DNA of 64,000 nt from Phallusia mammillata (lineage: Eukaryota): contig OZ281495.1 in NCBI GenBank assembly GCA_965637545.1, positions 7,502,001 to 7,566,000 on the forward strand, in the 5' to 3' direction. The notes under the pieces were generated by a model that saw nothing but the letters and a program-made list of their open reading frames with translations, was not told where the DNA came from and searched no databases. Both the position numbers and the translations under genes were made by a program. Positions 22,561 to 35,574 of the stretch are shown piece after piece. Every line of letters begins with the position of its first letter. The stretch's first letter is position 1.

Positions 22561-22614
22561 CAGCTGCACTGATGAGACCTTACAAGTCGAAACAGTGTGC
22601 ATTGTCTGCAGCTG
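22561..22614 (+). ncRNA. Complete type-I hammerhead ribozyme
   Basis: Stem I CAGCTGCA/TGCAGCTG (8 bp perfect); core CTGATGA (22569-22575); stem II GAC/GTC with 7-nt loop; GAAA (22589-22592); stem III ACAGT/ATTGT; GUC cleavage triplet (cut after C22606). Confidence 0.85.
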
Positions 22615-24421
22615 TTTCAATGAATTGTAAAAGTTCTGCCAACGTAGTGCGAGTGTAAAAAACATGACTTAGTGTTTCACATACGTGTTTATCCCAACGT
22701 GCACCTACGAAATACCGAAAATTTCAGAATACCATCATATTATGTAAAACTTTTGTGTTATCCTCGTACATACCTGGCTACCTACCAGGGCGCACCATAT
22801 AAAACTACCGCGGTCTAGTGTAATGTTTGTCAATCACAATATAATATAATAATTTTAGGCCTACATCCAAATGCTTGAATTTTCTTACCTTTTGCATTAC
22901 TTGTTTATTACTTCATTTGGACCTATCTCTCAAGTTTTGAAATCCGTGAAAAAAATACATAAAAATGCAATTTAATGTGGGAATTGCTTATATTATAACA
23001 ATCTTGATAAAAAACAGCGGTTCTCAAACGGGGGTCTGCGGTCCTTTAGGGTTCCGCCACGCGATTTTATGGGGACCGCGAGAAGCTTAAAGTATTTCTA
23101 CAATGTAATATCAGATCTTATGTAACATCAGATCTTGCGAGTATAAGCAAAAATTGGACAAAGTGGTCAATTGCTTCATTTTCACAAAACGCACAGAGGA
23201 ACGACAATTTTGTCACATTTTAAAAACGAAGAAACTCTTCAAAAATGTAGCATTTGCTGAGCCTTTGCCCTTTGGGCGAAAAACAAACTTCATATAATCC
23301 GTTCTAACACGGCAACGGGATAGTTCAAGATATAGTCAACACTTCAGAGCACAAGAAACACTCTTCTATTCAACGCCTCATTAACACTTTATCCCCAAAC
23401 TTGTCAGAACATTAATCACAAAACTCTGAGCCTTTCATCCCCACCCAACATAATGTAATAACATAACGCCCAGCTCTTTGAAGGCAAAAGGGACGGGGCT
23501 GGGGCTATTTGGGGGTCCTTTGTACCTGGGGCCAAACCGGGACCCCTAATGCTCTTTAAGTAGGGTATTGGGGCCGGTTTGTTTACTTTTGGGTAAGCCT
23601 GGTTTAATCCCATGCTTGTTAAACATGCCGCACTGTTGTGTACATTAGGGGTTAAGCCCAAAAAGATAGTGTTACGTTTGGGAAGCGAAAAAGTAGAAAA
23701 TGACAAACATTTAAATCATGAAACTGATTTTGTCTAATTACTTTTGTAACATATTTGTGTAGTGCTGGTATTACAGTGAGTGTATTAATTTTTGTTGTGG
23801 CAGTATGTAAAAAAATAATGCAAAGAAAAATTCAATGCTTTAGATTTTTAATTACTCTTTCTTTGTTTCCTCGATTGATGCCTTGTAGCGACGATGATTT
23901 GACTTTTAATTTAATTTCAGCTTTCTAGTTTATGTTAAAATTATTTTTTAGTTGATTTCCCCTTTAAACTGAAGCGTGTTTGTAAATGCTAAACTAGGTG
24001 TCAAAACACACAGCAGCAAAGCTTCAAGCAAAAATCCTGCGCCACGGAAGATTGATTCTGCCACTCACACCAATGTGTACACGATTTTTCGCTACATTAA
24101 CGGCAAGTTCTAAACAGCATAATGTAAATGCTCGGTTCTGTTCACACAAAACGCGGTTCGTTAGTTCCGGGTTTGAAGCCTATTTTGTGGTAAAGATGTT
24201 TCAGAAAAGGATGAAAAACTTCTATTGGTTCTAAGTTGATTTATGATTGTTTTAAGTGAAAAGCCACAAAAATGGAAATGGCCCAGTTACTTGGTACACT
24301 GCTTGTATTTATATAATTCAAGAATGCTCTTTACTGCAGATAAATTACTTGCCTAAGCTGTTTTTGCTCTTGGAAGGCTGCGGGTTCCAACCCCGACGTG
24401 GTTTGTAAGCTCCCTTTAGAA

Positions 24422-24841
24422 CAGCGGTTCCCAAACAGGGGTCCGCGGTCCTTTAGGGGTCCGTGAGGCAATTTTGGGGGGACCGCGAAGCGGTTGAAGT
24501 AATTCTGAAATCTTATTTGGCGTCAGTTTGTGCCACTAAATAAGTTTTAATCAAAGTAGAATTGAGAATCGACTGTCTCTATTGCTAAACAATGGCCTTT
24601 ATTATATGACAACTATCAAAATGCAATTGTTCGCGCACAATCGTAATGTTTTTGTCCTGTTTGTGATGTCACATGCTGTCTTTGGATGATTGTTATACGC
24701 AAATTTTGCATAACTAGCTAAAATAGTGCAATCAGCTTTTGTATTTATGTAATACACATTTAGGCTGAAGGACCGCGAGCCCTCGAAATAATGGCAAAGG
24801 GGCCGTTTTGAAAAAAATATAAAAAAGTCTGGAAACCGCTG
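24422..24841. mobile_element. hAT (Buster-type) MITE
   Basis: TIR CAGCGGTT(C)CCA; perfect TSD CTTTAGAA; truncated relative at about 23017-23090. Confidence 0.85.
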
Positions 24842-25584
24842 CTTTAGAACTACAGAAGTACACTTTTGTAGCGGTTGGGACGTAGTTTGTGCAAACTTTG
24901 CAATAATTGTTTACCAAAGTAGCTCGTTTTGACTCGCTAGCTCAAAGCTTGCGAGGAAGTTAAATTGTGTAGCACCAAATTCAACTGTATTGACGAATCA
25001 TGTTCGGACTTTGTAATATTTTCTGTCGCAGTTAATTGGGATGTAGAAGCGTCTTTGTGATCTGGTGTTCATGTGCTTTTGCCGTATGTTTTGTCTCGTG
25101 TTGTGATTGGACGTTGCTTTCTGTGGGAATTTGTGCAAGAGCCAATCGCAAAAGCACATGTGTACGATTTAATGCCTTTATCCGGGGTATATATGTATAA
25201 CCGCACTCGTTCATTTCAATCTTTTTAGTTTTTTTTTTTCAGCTCTCTTCTTCTGTTTCTCATTCTCTCCAATAAACAAACGAACCGAAGTGCAAGACAC
25301 GCGTGTGTGGAGTTTCCAGGACTCCGGTCCTGACAAGCTCAGGAGCTTATGGGAGGTTAAGGACGGTGGTATACCTTTCTAATTTGTAGTGACTCGGTTT
25401 ATAGCTTGTACCGAGACACCTTGTTAACACTACACTTTTACATTGCTTTTGATCCAGAATAAGTCGATGTTCTGCGTTAATTCATTATTACGCCTCTGAT
25501 AAACCATCCGGTTCAAACAACAGCAGGAAAAACGTTTTAAACTACAGCAGAAATAAGTTACACGAGGCATAATCCATAACAGAT

Positions 25585-25745
25585 GGTAAGGTTAGTGGTT
25601 AGCGCAAATCACCTGTTCACAAGGTTGCTGGTTCTAACCTCGTCTCGACCAGTAGGGTTAACCTGGGAAACTTAAACGGCATTGTTCCAACCAAGTGGAA
25701 TAGGATGGGTTAAACTAAATTAAGGCCGCAAACCCGCATAGTCGA
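25585..25745 (+). mobile_element. Possible tRNA-derived SINE
   Basis: A-box-like TAGTGGTTAG (25593) and B-box-like GGTTCTAACC (25630) at tRNA spacing. Confidence 0.4.
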
Positions 25746-25786
25746 AAAACTAAAAAAATGAAGGTACACATGCGCGATAATCTGAG

Positions 25787-25916
25787 CAAAAAGATACAAG
25801 CAAGTATTTAAGTGTAAAAGATCACAACGCCCCTTCTGTTGGTTTCATTCACCGATGACAAAAGAAACTGTCGAAACGTTTTGGTGTTTTACACTCAAAT
25901 ACGGACTTGTATCTTT
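25787..25916 (+). mobile_element. Degenerate Penelope-type hammerhead (CCGATGA...GAAACGTT) flanked by about 31-bp imperfect inverted repeats
   Basis: Core 25852-25880 with gaca/tgtc stem II; left aaaagatacaag..gtgtaaaa versus right ttttacac..cttgtatctttt. Confidence 0.5.
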
Positions 25917-26867
25917 TTATCTTAAAACGAAAATGAACTTGCGATGAAACCGGCAGCTCGTCGGCGATTCATTGTGAGCATGACACATTCAGATGTTGCT
26001 GGTCAACCGAGGATAAAAATTCAACCATTTGTCATTAAGAAAGTAAAGCGAACTCAAGACAGTTAAGTTTCGATTTTTTAAGTACTCGACTCATGGACGA
26101 TTTAAAACACACATAGATGCACCTTTTTTCACATTTATAACAACAAATAGGTGTCGGTTGATTTCTTTGTAAACTTACATCAGGAAAAAGAAAGTTCTTA
26201 AAGTTTGAATAATAAAGTATGTCGCTTTTACGTCTATTTGGGCGGTTATTTTCCTCATTTAACTCACAGATCCGTGTATAGTGTTCCAACGGAGAAAGAA
26301 GGTTTGGGAAATGTTTTTGTGGCTTCGTTTGTCTGCATTGCAGAGATGTTCAGCGTAAATCTTAAATATATTACATTAGAAGTTGTGCATAAACTGAAAG
26401 CTATTGCAATATGAATATGACCATCTGTCTTATAAACTGGTAAACATTTAATTAAGCTTTGGTCATTTAGGGGGCAGCTAATATATCACTTGTAAATGTG
26501 CCAAGTCGTAATGAGAAACGCATATGCTGAAAATAGAGCAAATCCTAATGCGCCATAAACTGCGTATTAATACATGGCATTGGCCATTTGCATGTGATAT
26601 AAACGGATTTTCAGCGCATTATCATTTCTTTCTATCCCAAAACCCATCAGCAAAGCGACTAAATTGATCCACGGGTCAGAATAAAATGTTAAATATAGAG
26701 CGCTGGTCAATAAATCAATCGTGCCTGCTAATTTGTTTTTAAAGGCGCTCCACAGGTGGGTACATTGTGACAAAATAATAGCAGCGCAAAGAAGGCAATT
26801 TCACGCCAGCCAAAACCAATGCAACGCTTCTTTGTGAACGATTTGAAGTGTTTCGACAACAATGCTC

Positions 26868-26980
26868 AACCGACAGATTGGGTTTCGATTGGATAGGGTG
26901 TCAATTTCCTTGATTAGGAGATGACAGTCGCATAAACAGTTGGTGGAGTTCCACAGGGATCGCAAATAGGCCCTTTCAAG
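26868..26980 (+). pseudogene. Possible decayed non-LTR retrotransposon RT fragment
   Basis: VGGVPQGSQIGP resembles the CR1/L2 RT motif GVPQGSxLGP, preceded out of frame by NRQIGFRLD; stops and a frameshift are present and there is no YADD motif. Confidence 0.3.
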
Positions 26981-29900
26981 CGCGGTGAAAAAATGGTTTA
27001 AAATTGTAAAGGTGACAAACATGCACACAAACAAAATACTCTCCTCCTTTGAAACTCAAACTTTTGATTGTTTTTACTTAACGTGTGATACCTCATCTGC
27101 CAGAAGTTTATGCTGTAAACACTTTAATGGTGTTTTCGTAAAGTGATTGATTGTGCATTTGCATTCTTTCACCACGACCAAGTCGATTGTCAAAACTGCT
27201 CGCTTGCCAAATGCACAAGCTATTATTTTTTTGACACCTAATTTTCTTTGCGACAAATCAAGTGTTTCTAAACATCGACACCTCGCGCATGGAAAGCGTT
27301 CGTCGGTTTATTGCTTGTTTGTTATCTTCGCAAACGAGAGTGCCATAAAACAAGTTGACCGTTAAATTGTGCTTACAAGGTTCGCAAAACTTCTGTTGTG
27401 ATTGCTTGATAAAATGCAAGGCACTAAAGCCATAGGTCTGTAATGAGATTGTAAATTTTAACTTGCTTTGTCAATACAGATTGCCTTACGGGTTATTACA
27501 AAAATGCTGTAAAATGTCATAAATTGTTTCCAAAGGTGTACAGTCAACAAAGTTGTGCAAAAACTATGTCGAGAAAATAACAATAAACTACATAATACCA
27601 AAAGTATATTGAATAACAAAACAGATAATAAAGTAGCCACAACTGAAAAATAGTTAGTGATAATGTTTGTTTCCTTTACAATAATGTAAAAAATATATTG
27701 TAAAAAAATATGCCAAACGTTATCAAAACAATCGTTCATTAACATTACACTTTTCAAAATACAATTTCAATAATGTTACTTGTAGACTCTATATAGCTAG
27801 CTCGACCACGTGAGCAAATGTCGGGGCATTTTAATCAGTATGAGATCTTAATGCCTTCGGGACATTGCTCAATGCTTCAAATCAAACTTTGACGGTGGAC
27901 ACCTGTGCTTGTATTTACATTAAAAAGGGATTTGTTTTCCGTCGATTTCCGGATATATCTCTTGATATTCAGACGTAGCGTAAACTATCAAGAAGTCGAT
28001 TTAACAGGGTCAAAAATGCTACAGTAGAAAAAACCCTTAAATCCGATTTCATAAAAAAGTTTAGTGTTTAACAGGCATGAAATAATTTTTGTTGCCAACG
28101 AAAACTTTGACTGGCACTTTGGAGTTTAGTTTGTGACATCCCCTGCTTATAATAAGCAGACGTGATATGTTGAACTATATATTGAAAAATATATTTTTGG
28201 ACCAGTTTTTTTTTTAAATATATGTTTTAATGGTCAATAAACTATAGTTAAAATATAAAATCTGTAATTAAAATGGTACGACAACTTTCCTTGCATGAAT
28301 TTTACACAACGATAATCAAAAATTTCTTTACTAACAGTTTAATGTAGTAACTGCCGATACATCAGAAATCTTATTTTAAGCCTAGATTTTGCATACAAAA
28401 AGTTTCTTTCATCTTTGCCCGTTTCAATTACACACGATACAGATTAGAAGGAATTTCGCAAGCTACTCCGTCAAACTTTCACAGTCGCAAGGAACACTAG
28501 CCAAACAACGCGCCACCGAAAGTGGCAGGATATTTACAATTGCCGATACCAAACAGATCGTACGATAACTTTCTTCTGGTCGACGATAAAACAACACTGC
28601 CGACGAATTATTTGGATTATCGTCGTTCGACGTCACCACGCAACAGGTGTTTCAAATCAGGGAGGGCAGAAATGGTCACACTTGAGCAAACATACATTGG
28701 TGAATGTGCGAATGGTGAGTTTGTAAACATGTCATCAGGGGTGCACAGTCATTCATCACTGCAACGTACAGGCGATTGATCAAGAACAGCAAACACTGGA
28801 CAATGAATTGGTCAAGGCCGATGGCAAACAGGTGGCGAACGCCTGCAGCAGTGTTTCAGTCATTGTTAGCGCTTTCGCTCTCTTTTACCCTGGAGGTCAA
28901 TATTTGGATAAACTTGAGCACTAGTTCATTATAATAAACCTTTATCAGTTCATTGTTTTTTACTGCTTTGAATTTTTGCGAGTTTGAAATCAAGTTCCTG
29001 AACAACAAAAATTTGAATACGTTGTGCGTTTGAATTGATTTGAACAACTGTTTCCAGTTCGATCCGAGTTTTTGCAAAATCTTTTATGAACCGGCTTATA
29101 TTCCAAAACATTCGCAAATGCTTCGACCAAAACAAGAATTGTGTGATATAGTAGTCTAGAAATGAACCAAGCTAATTATCAATGTGCTTTCTTTTGCAAC
29201 TGTTATAGTTGTTAAAACAAAAATTGATCTAACCAACAAATATTATCGAGAAAAAATCATAAAACAAACAAATTCGAGATCTATGAATATGTGCTGCGTT
29301 TGGCTGAGTTGACAAATCTATCAATTTTAGATAATTTATGAATTGCTTATTTTATATTAACAAACTTTCAGTCAAAAGTTACACACAAAAACATTTTTGT
29401 GAAACAACCCCACTACAGATTGAAAACCCCAAACAGTTGTTAATTCATCAAGAGTACAAGTGGGCGATGCATTGCTCAAGATAATTGCTCTTTTTTGGCA
29501 GGGTTTACTAACACTGAAATCGATTACATTCAGATACAAATATCGTTTTTACGAGTTATTAATACCACTCTATAATGCCACAAAAAGCGCTTGAAAGGCG
29601 GTTTTGTAATGAACTAAGCCTCCGAGAGTGTGATTGCGACAAATGGAAGAATCTCTTTCCAATTGCGTCACATTTGTCAACGCTGCACGCGACCCCTTGT
29701 TTAAAATGATAAAATATCGACCGGTGGTGAAGGCGAGGTTTGAACGACTAACCTTTGGCTGCATAGGCCAATCGAGGGAAGCATGCAAATCCGACATAAG
29801 CTTGATAGGGGGCTTAGGATCAACCGATATCGGATTTATCGCATTTACTGATCGTTTGCAGCGCGTTTGTGCTCATTTGGGCGATAAGGGATCAGAATTG

Positions 29901-32900
29901 AAGATGTTTAAATGCGAAGCGAAGTAGGAATTATACCCACTCAACGTGATACAGATTTACTTAAACTCTCTAAGAGAGATTTCGTTTACAAACAGACGCT
30001 AGAAAACGTGGTTGTTGGGTTAAGAGGCGTTTTCTTTCATTGCTTATTCGGATTAGGTTTGTAATTAAACTCACTAATGAGGGTAGATATCTTCAAGTGC
30101 CGTGGAGAAAAAAAAACAAGGTTGCGCAAAAACACATACGGTTTGATCTCAAACATAAACGGGGTTCATGTTGCCGAAGAGAAGCTTTCAAAAAGTTCAT
30201 CAAATGATTTGACTGTTCTTTATGTACGAGATCGGTAAAAAAAACTGTTAACGAAATCAATGTCAAAACCGCTTATAATTCGAGTAGTTAAAAGGATTTT
30301 TGAAATTATTTGTAAAAATTATTATGCTGATAAATAACAAACACATTACAAGCTCCTAGTAGGCATATAGTTATCACATTTATAATTTAAGACAGATAAA
30401 AACAATTGACGAAACAAAAAGTAAATATCATATTGGGACGATTTGCAAACGAATCAGAATTTAAATTAATGACTCTGTTGAAAAGCAAAAATGATTACTG
30501 TTGCACTAAGTAAGGCCAAATTAATAAGTGGGGTCAAAAAGAATGCTCTTAACATATTGGTTTAAATATAATATGTCAACAAAAACAAAAATGTAATAAA
30601 CTATCATCCGTATAACAGGTGCATGAACTTTTCAACCAACAAAACATGGATGTTTAGAAATCTAAACCAATCTTTTTTTCGTTGCACATCCAATTACAAA
30701 TCTGCCACGGTTAATTAAAAATTAGCGCCGCAAAATGCTACAGTTTCCCATGCCGACGAACACATTGGGGTCATCAGATATACGACGCCAATACAAACTG
30801 GTCTAATCCATTTATGCGAACAAATATGTATCATACAAAACCAGTCGTAGATTCCGTTTGACGCTGAAAACGGAAGTACGCATGGGTTTCGCAACCGGAT
30901 CAAGGCCGCCATGGGTTTTAGGCGCCACATAGATTTAAAAAAACTAATAAAATGTGGATTTTCGTTTGTGTGTTGTAACGGCGGCTGTGTATTGTAATTG
31001 AAAAGAGAAGTCATTTTTTTCGCCTGGACGCCTACGCAGCCTCGAGAGAATAGCCCTTTCACACGCACACAAGTAAGATTGAATCCTTATTGGCATTTTG
31101 AAACGATGCCGTAAGCACGTTTTTGTTCATCACCGGGCAAAAATTGATCGCAATGACAGTTTCTCATTGAGTAACTTGACAAGAAGGAGATTTTGTTGCC
31201 GGCATTTGTGTATTGACACCTGCCTTGTTCTGTTATCGACAAAACAACAGCTTTAGCCCATAGGGACACTGACTTAACTAACATCTCTGTAAATCGTGCG
31301 TTTCCATTTGCAATTACGAAAATTAAAAACGAATGTAAAATGTACTTAAAAATGCATTCTTATTCAAATAGAAAATAAGGTGGCGTTTTTTCACAAATAA
31401 AAAGAAAAGAAAATAACAAAAATAAAGCGCAAATAAACAAAATAAACAGAAAAATAAAAAATATGATGTAAAAAACAAAATAAGGTAAGTACAAGCACAA
31501 CAATTTTAGTTTTTTTGGAATTTGTTAACGGTCGCAATAAAAAAAAGATATATTTAAAACAAAGATTGAGGTAGTTTAATAAGGAAGTATAGGGCGTGTG
31601 TCAGAAATGCATCTTTGTGTTGTAAAAGTATCTATAATATGAACGGATTAACAAAATGCCTAAACTGACATTAATATAAGTAAATGGAACGACTTTACAA
31701 TAGGGGTTCTCCTTTTCAAACAGTCCTAATTGCTTTCTAATTATTCCCCGAGTAAAACAAATTAATTAAACAGTACGATTGAGTTCACTACGCTTGGTAG
31801 TGAAGACTTCCAAGGGAGCTCTTACTTTGCCAACACACTGCGTTCAATGTCAAACGCACGTGCTGTATAGGGCAGCGGCACCTGGTAAATAAAGGGCCTA
31901 ACTTTCGCAAATAAAGCGCAAACTGGACTCGTTTATTTGCAAGTGTATTTCGGATCGCCGAACAAACAATTAAACGCCTCGTTACGACTGATCACTCTTC
32001 GGAAACAACGGCCTCCAATCGCGCCAGAAGTATCATTGAACGCTTCGTAGATGCGTAACCAACCGATTTGAAATGAGTTCACACTTAAATATTGAAATAA
32101 GTGACTGAGTTTATCAAGAACAATGCGCTGCTGGTGAACAAAATGTCACAATAACTTTTATTCATGACAATTTTTTTCAAAATTAATCATTTAGTTTTTT
32201 TAGAGGGGACTTCGTGGTGATGGATTGTAATGAAAGATATTTTTCGCGCCTTTTTGTCGCTATAGCTATTTGGATCAAAACATAATTTGTTTTAAGCTTA
32301 CAATTAATGCTGAAAAATGATTTTTTCGACGAAAAATTTGGAATAGTGGTTTATTAAAACTATAATTTTATGACATAATTTGTCCCGAAAAATAAATAAA
32401 AGCACTGCACTGGTGTTATTACATTACATATCAACGTAAAAATCAGGAACTAGATTCGTAAGGTTGAATTCTAATGAGTATGTTTAGCACATAAAGCCAA
32501 TTAAATATTTTTATATTTTGGATAACATTTAACATCGTGATTGAGGGTTTCTTTTTAAGTCAACGAACTGTTAGCGACGCGTGATTTCATTACAGATTTC
32601 CTTAAAAAGAAGGTCCATGTGTTAAGGTAATGGAGAATAGGCATATGCAAGTATTTTTAGGGAAATATCGTTAGACAGAAAAAACATTCTCCTTAGGCCA
32701 CCTGCTTAATACTACAACACCCAAACTAGCACCTACCATCAGGTCAGTTACTCAAAATAAAAGCAAGTTCCAATTAAAACGTTGCAACCCATCAAAACCA
32801 ACAGTCTCCCACGGTGTTGTGTATTTCTCTTAATATTTGCTTAATCACCTGAAATACAGAGAGCAGGGGTATTGGACTCGCCACAGCGGGATGACAAACT

Positions 32901-33934
32901 TCGATGCACGGCCGGGACGAGAAAAAATATCGCGACTGACGGGAGTTTAAAAGCTGTCGCGCCGCAATGTTTCGCCACATTGTTGTATTCGGCTTCGAGA
33001 CCAGCACATCTCCTGATATTAGCAGCGCTAAAACGCAAAGGTAGTTTACTAGAACAGTTTATAAACAAATATTTTAGCTCAACAAAATGAGTAACGTATT
33101 TGAGACGTTTTTTCAAGGTTTTACATCATTATAGGTATATAAATGTAGAAAGACAGCGCTGCGGTTAAGATTATGTTCAGTATCTGTACACTTTATAAGT
33201 CTAAATTTAGTTTTTGACAGAGTGTTTTATTAACGAAGTATTTATTAACGAAGTGGTCTTTAACAATTAACTTTACCAAAACAAACCAATTTGTTTTGCG
33301 ACCATTTCTGGCAACAGTCGCTTTTGTCGATAACCGGGGTACATGGAATCGTATCGTCCTAAGAAACAATGGTCACGAAAATTGCAAGTGAATGAACAAA
33401 TTAGCGACGGTCAATTCCGGTCGCAGACCAACACTCAGCCGTCTGGCACTTTCCATAAGCGGCGAGAAAGTGACAAACGACCGACATTTGCAATGAGTTG
33501 GCCCAGACGTCGTCGCTTGCAACATTACGACATAGCGCCTTGGCGCGCACACACGGTAACAGGTGTAACGACGCCGTAGAGTGATAGATGAGGTTGTTAG
33601 CAAGAAAGTTTTGCTGTATGTTTGTGCAGAAGAGATTACAGTGAGAATTTGATCTAAAGAGAGCTGCCTTAGAGACTTTATTTTGAACAGTTTTTTTGAA
33701 TTTTTGATTAACATAATGTCATTTGAAGCTTAAATTGTGTGTTTTTCGTTAAATCAACTTGCAGTCCAATTCAAATGTTAGAATAAAAACACGCTTTATT
33801 GTTATTATTTTTACAAAATGTTACACTGTGGCAATACATTTTGGTGCAATCTAACCCATTTTCTCTATATTTAGATCAATCTATTACGAACTTATTCAGT
33901 GCATATTAAACCAACTTATTTGAAACTTACAAGA

Positions 33935-35413
33935 ATGCCACGACCAGGCAGAGATTCGTACGGAGACCAGAAACCTCCATATTCCTATATCGCCCTCACA
34001 GCAATGGCGATTCAATCGTCTCCCAACAAAATGATGAGCTTGTCGGAAATTTACCGTTACATCATGGACCGTTTTCCATTCTACCGGAAAAATACGCAGC
34101 GCTGGCAGAACTCTCTGCGTCACAATCTATCCTTCAACGATTGTTTCGTCAAAGTTCCGCGGCGCGGAGATCAACCTGGTAAAGGCAGTCTTTGGGCGAT
34201 GCACCCCACTTGCGGGGAAATGTTTGAAAACGGAAGTTTCCTGCGTCGTCGCAAAAGGTTCAAAACTGAAGACAAAAACCAACAGTCATCAGCACACAGC
34301 TATCCCCACGACGCTTTCAACCAAAGAATGTTCAACCAATCAACGGGCGAACCTGTACACCACGTGATCAACAACAGAGGGGTGTACGACGTCCCAGGGT
34401 TAAGGGCCTTTCCCCAGTACCCGGGTTACCCTCTACCTGGACAACATCGTCACCCAACTGTTCCTCCGACCCCGATGTATCCACAGATGACACCAGGCAG
34501 TCCAGCAAACACCGCGGCAGCTGTGGCGTATTTCCAAACCGCTATGGCGGGTTACCGAAACGCCATGGCGTCTTTGTCAATGCGGGGAAATTCACTTCAC
34601 CCACTGATGAGGGGTTACGGCTTTCCGCACTCCGAAGCTTTCCGAAGCTTTTTGGCGCCGAGGCGATCGGCCGACGACGGCGTTTTATCGGCGCCCACAC
34701 GAAGCGAGTGCGATTCGGCCAGCGAGGTAAAATCAAACTCTTTCGACTCGAGTCGTTCCGGAGTCGGTAGCAGCTCGCCACTCGCTCAGAGTTCGTCAGG
34801 CGATGAGTCGCACTCGAATGACCGAGTTACGAGTTCCAAAGCCATCAGCTTCTCGATTGAGAATATCATTAGTGGAAGATTTTCCCCAAAGAGCGCAAGC
34901 AAACAAAAGTCAACCGAAGCAGGACCAAGGCGCAAGCGACAATCTAGCGATGGACCCGAAACTCCAAGCAAGAAACTCAAGCTCGACGGCGATACCCCGG
35001 CAAAATTGGACGACAAATCAAGCTCAAAAATACAAAATGGCGACATCGGCGTTTCGCAGACGTCTCCTACCGAACTTCGCTTGCAGTGCGCCCCGCGAAC
35101 AAGCACCCCAAAGTCCGACGGTTTTTACTTGCCCTTCTACCTGCAAAAACGCGACGACCAAACTTCACCAAGCGCACAGGCTGATACGATTTCTATTCCG
35201 ACATCGGGAGGAAGAAATGGCGACAGTGTAGCGCATCACCCAACCAGCACAGCGCCAACAACAAACTTTAGCGCTTGTTATTTGTCGCAGGGACAGAGAA
35301 TGTTGCAATTGGGCCAATCCACTCACAGTCCTACGTCTGAATCTAAAGACCCACCACTTGCTTATTCGGCGTTTGCCCGCCTAAAGCGTTTCACCGAGTT
35401 GCAAGTCCAATAG
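33935..35413 (+). CDS. FoxB: Forkhead box B transcription factor, single coding exon, 492 aa
   Basis: N-terminus [28 protein letters not shown]...[16 protein letters not shown]...GKGSLW...[14 protein letters not shown] is diagnostic of FoxB; eh1 Groucho-binding motif FSIENII at 34850-34870. The ORF-track start at 33899 is an upstream GTG; the ATG is at 33935. Confidence 0.97.
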   Translation: MPRPGRDSYGDQKPPYSYIALTAMAIQSSPNKMMSLSEIYRYIMDRFPFYRKNTQRWQNSLRHNLSFNDCFVKVPRRGDQPGKGSLWAMHPTCGEMFENGSFLRRRKRFKTEDKNQQSSAHSYPHDAFNQRMFNQSTGEPVHHVINNRGVYDVPGLRAFPQYPGYPLPGQHRHPTVPPTPMYPQMTPGSPANTAAAVAYFQTAMAGYRNAMASLSMRGNSLHPLMRGYGFPHSEAFRSFLAPRRSADDGVLSAPTRSECDSASEVKSNSFDSSRSGVGSSSPLAQSSSGDESHSNDRVTSSKAISFSIENIISGRFSPKSASKQKSTEAGPRRKRQSSDGPETPSKKLKLDGDTPAKLDDKSSSKIQNGDIGVSQTSPTELRLQCAPRTSTPKSDGFYLPFYLQKRDDQTSPSAQADTISIPTSGGRNGDSVAHHPTSTAPTTNFSACYLSQGQRMLQLGQSTHSPTSESKDPPLAYSAFARLKRFTELQVQ

Positions 35414-35568
35414 GATCATGCCAACGGACCAAACACAGCGAACTAGTTCATGACGTATTTTTCATTATCTTTGTGTCTCTGTCTGAAATCATTTTTTTCG
35501 CGTTCCATTGTAATTTGTGTTTCGTTCTGTTAACTTATACCCGTATCTCTTGGCTGTGATCTTTCCTA

Positions 35569-35574
35569 AATAAA
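35569..35574 (+). terminator. Candidate poly(A) signal of FoxB
   Basis: First AATAAA about 155 nt after the stop codon. Confidence 0.4.

Noticed and set aside
30735-30782. Minus-strand hammerhead (CTGATGA...GAAA)
   Set aside because: Stem II is poor, and there is no stem III, NUH site or stem I.
34542-35231. Overlapping alternative-frame and antisense ORFs in FoxB (similarly 44394-44834)
   Set aside because: Shadow ORFs of GC-richer coding exons, with no motifs.
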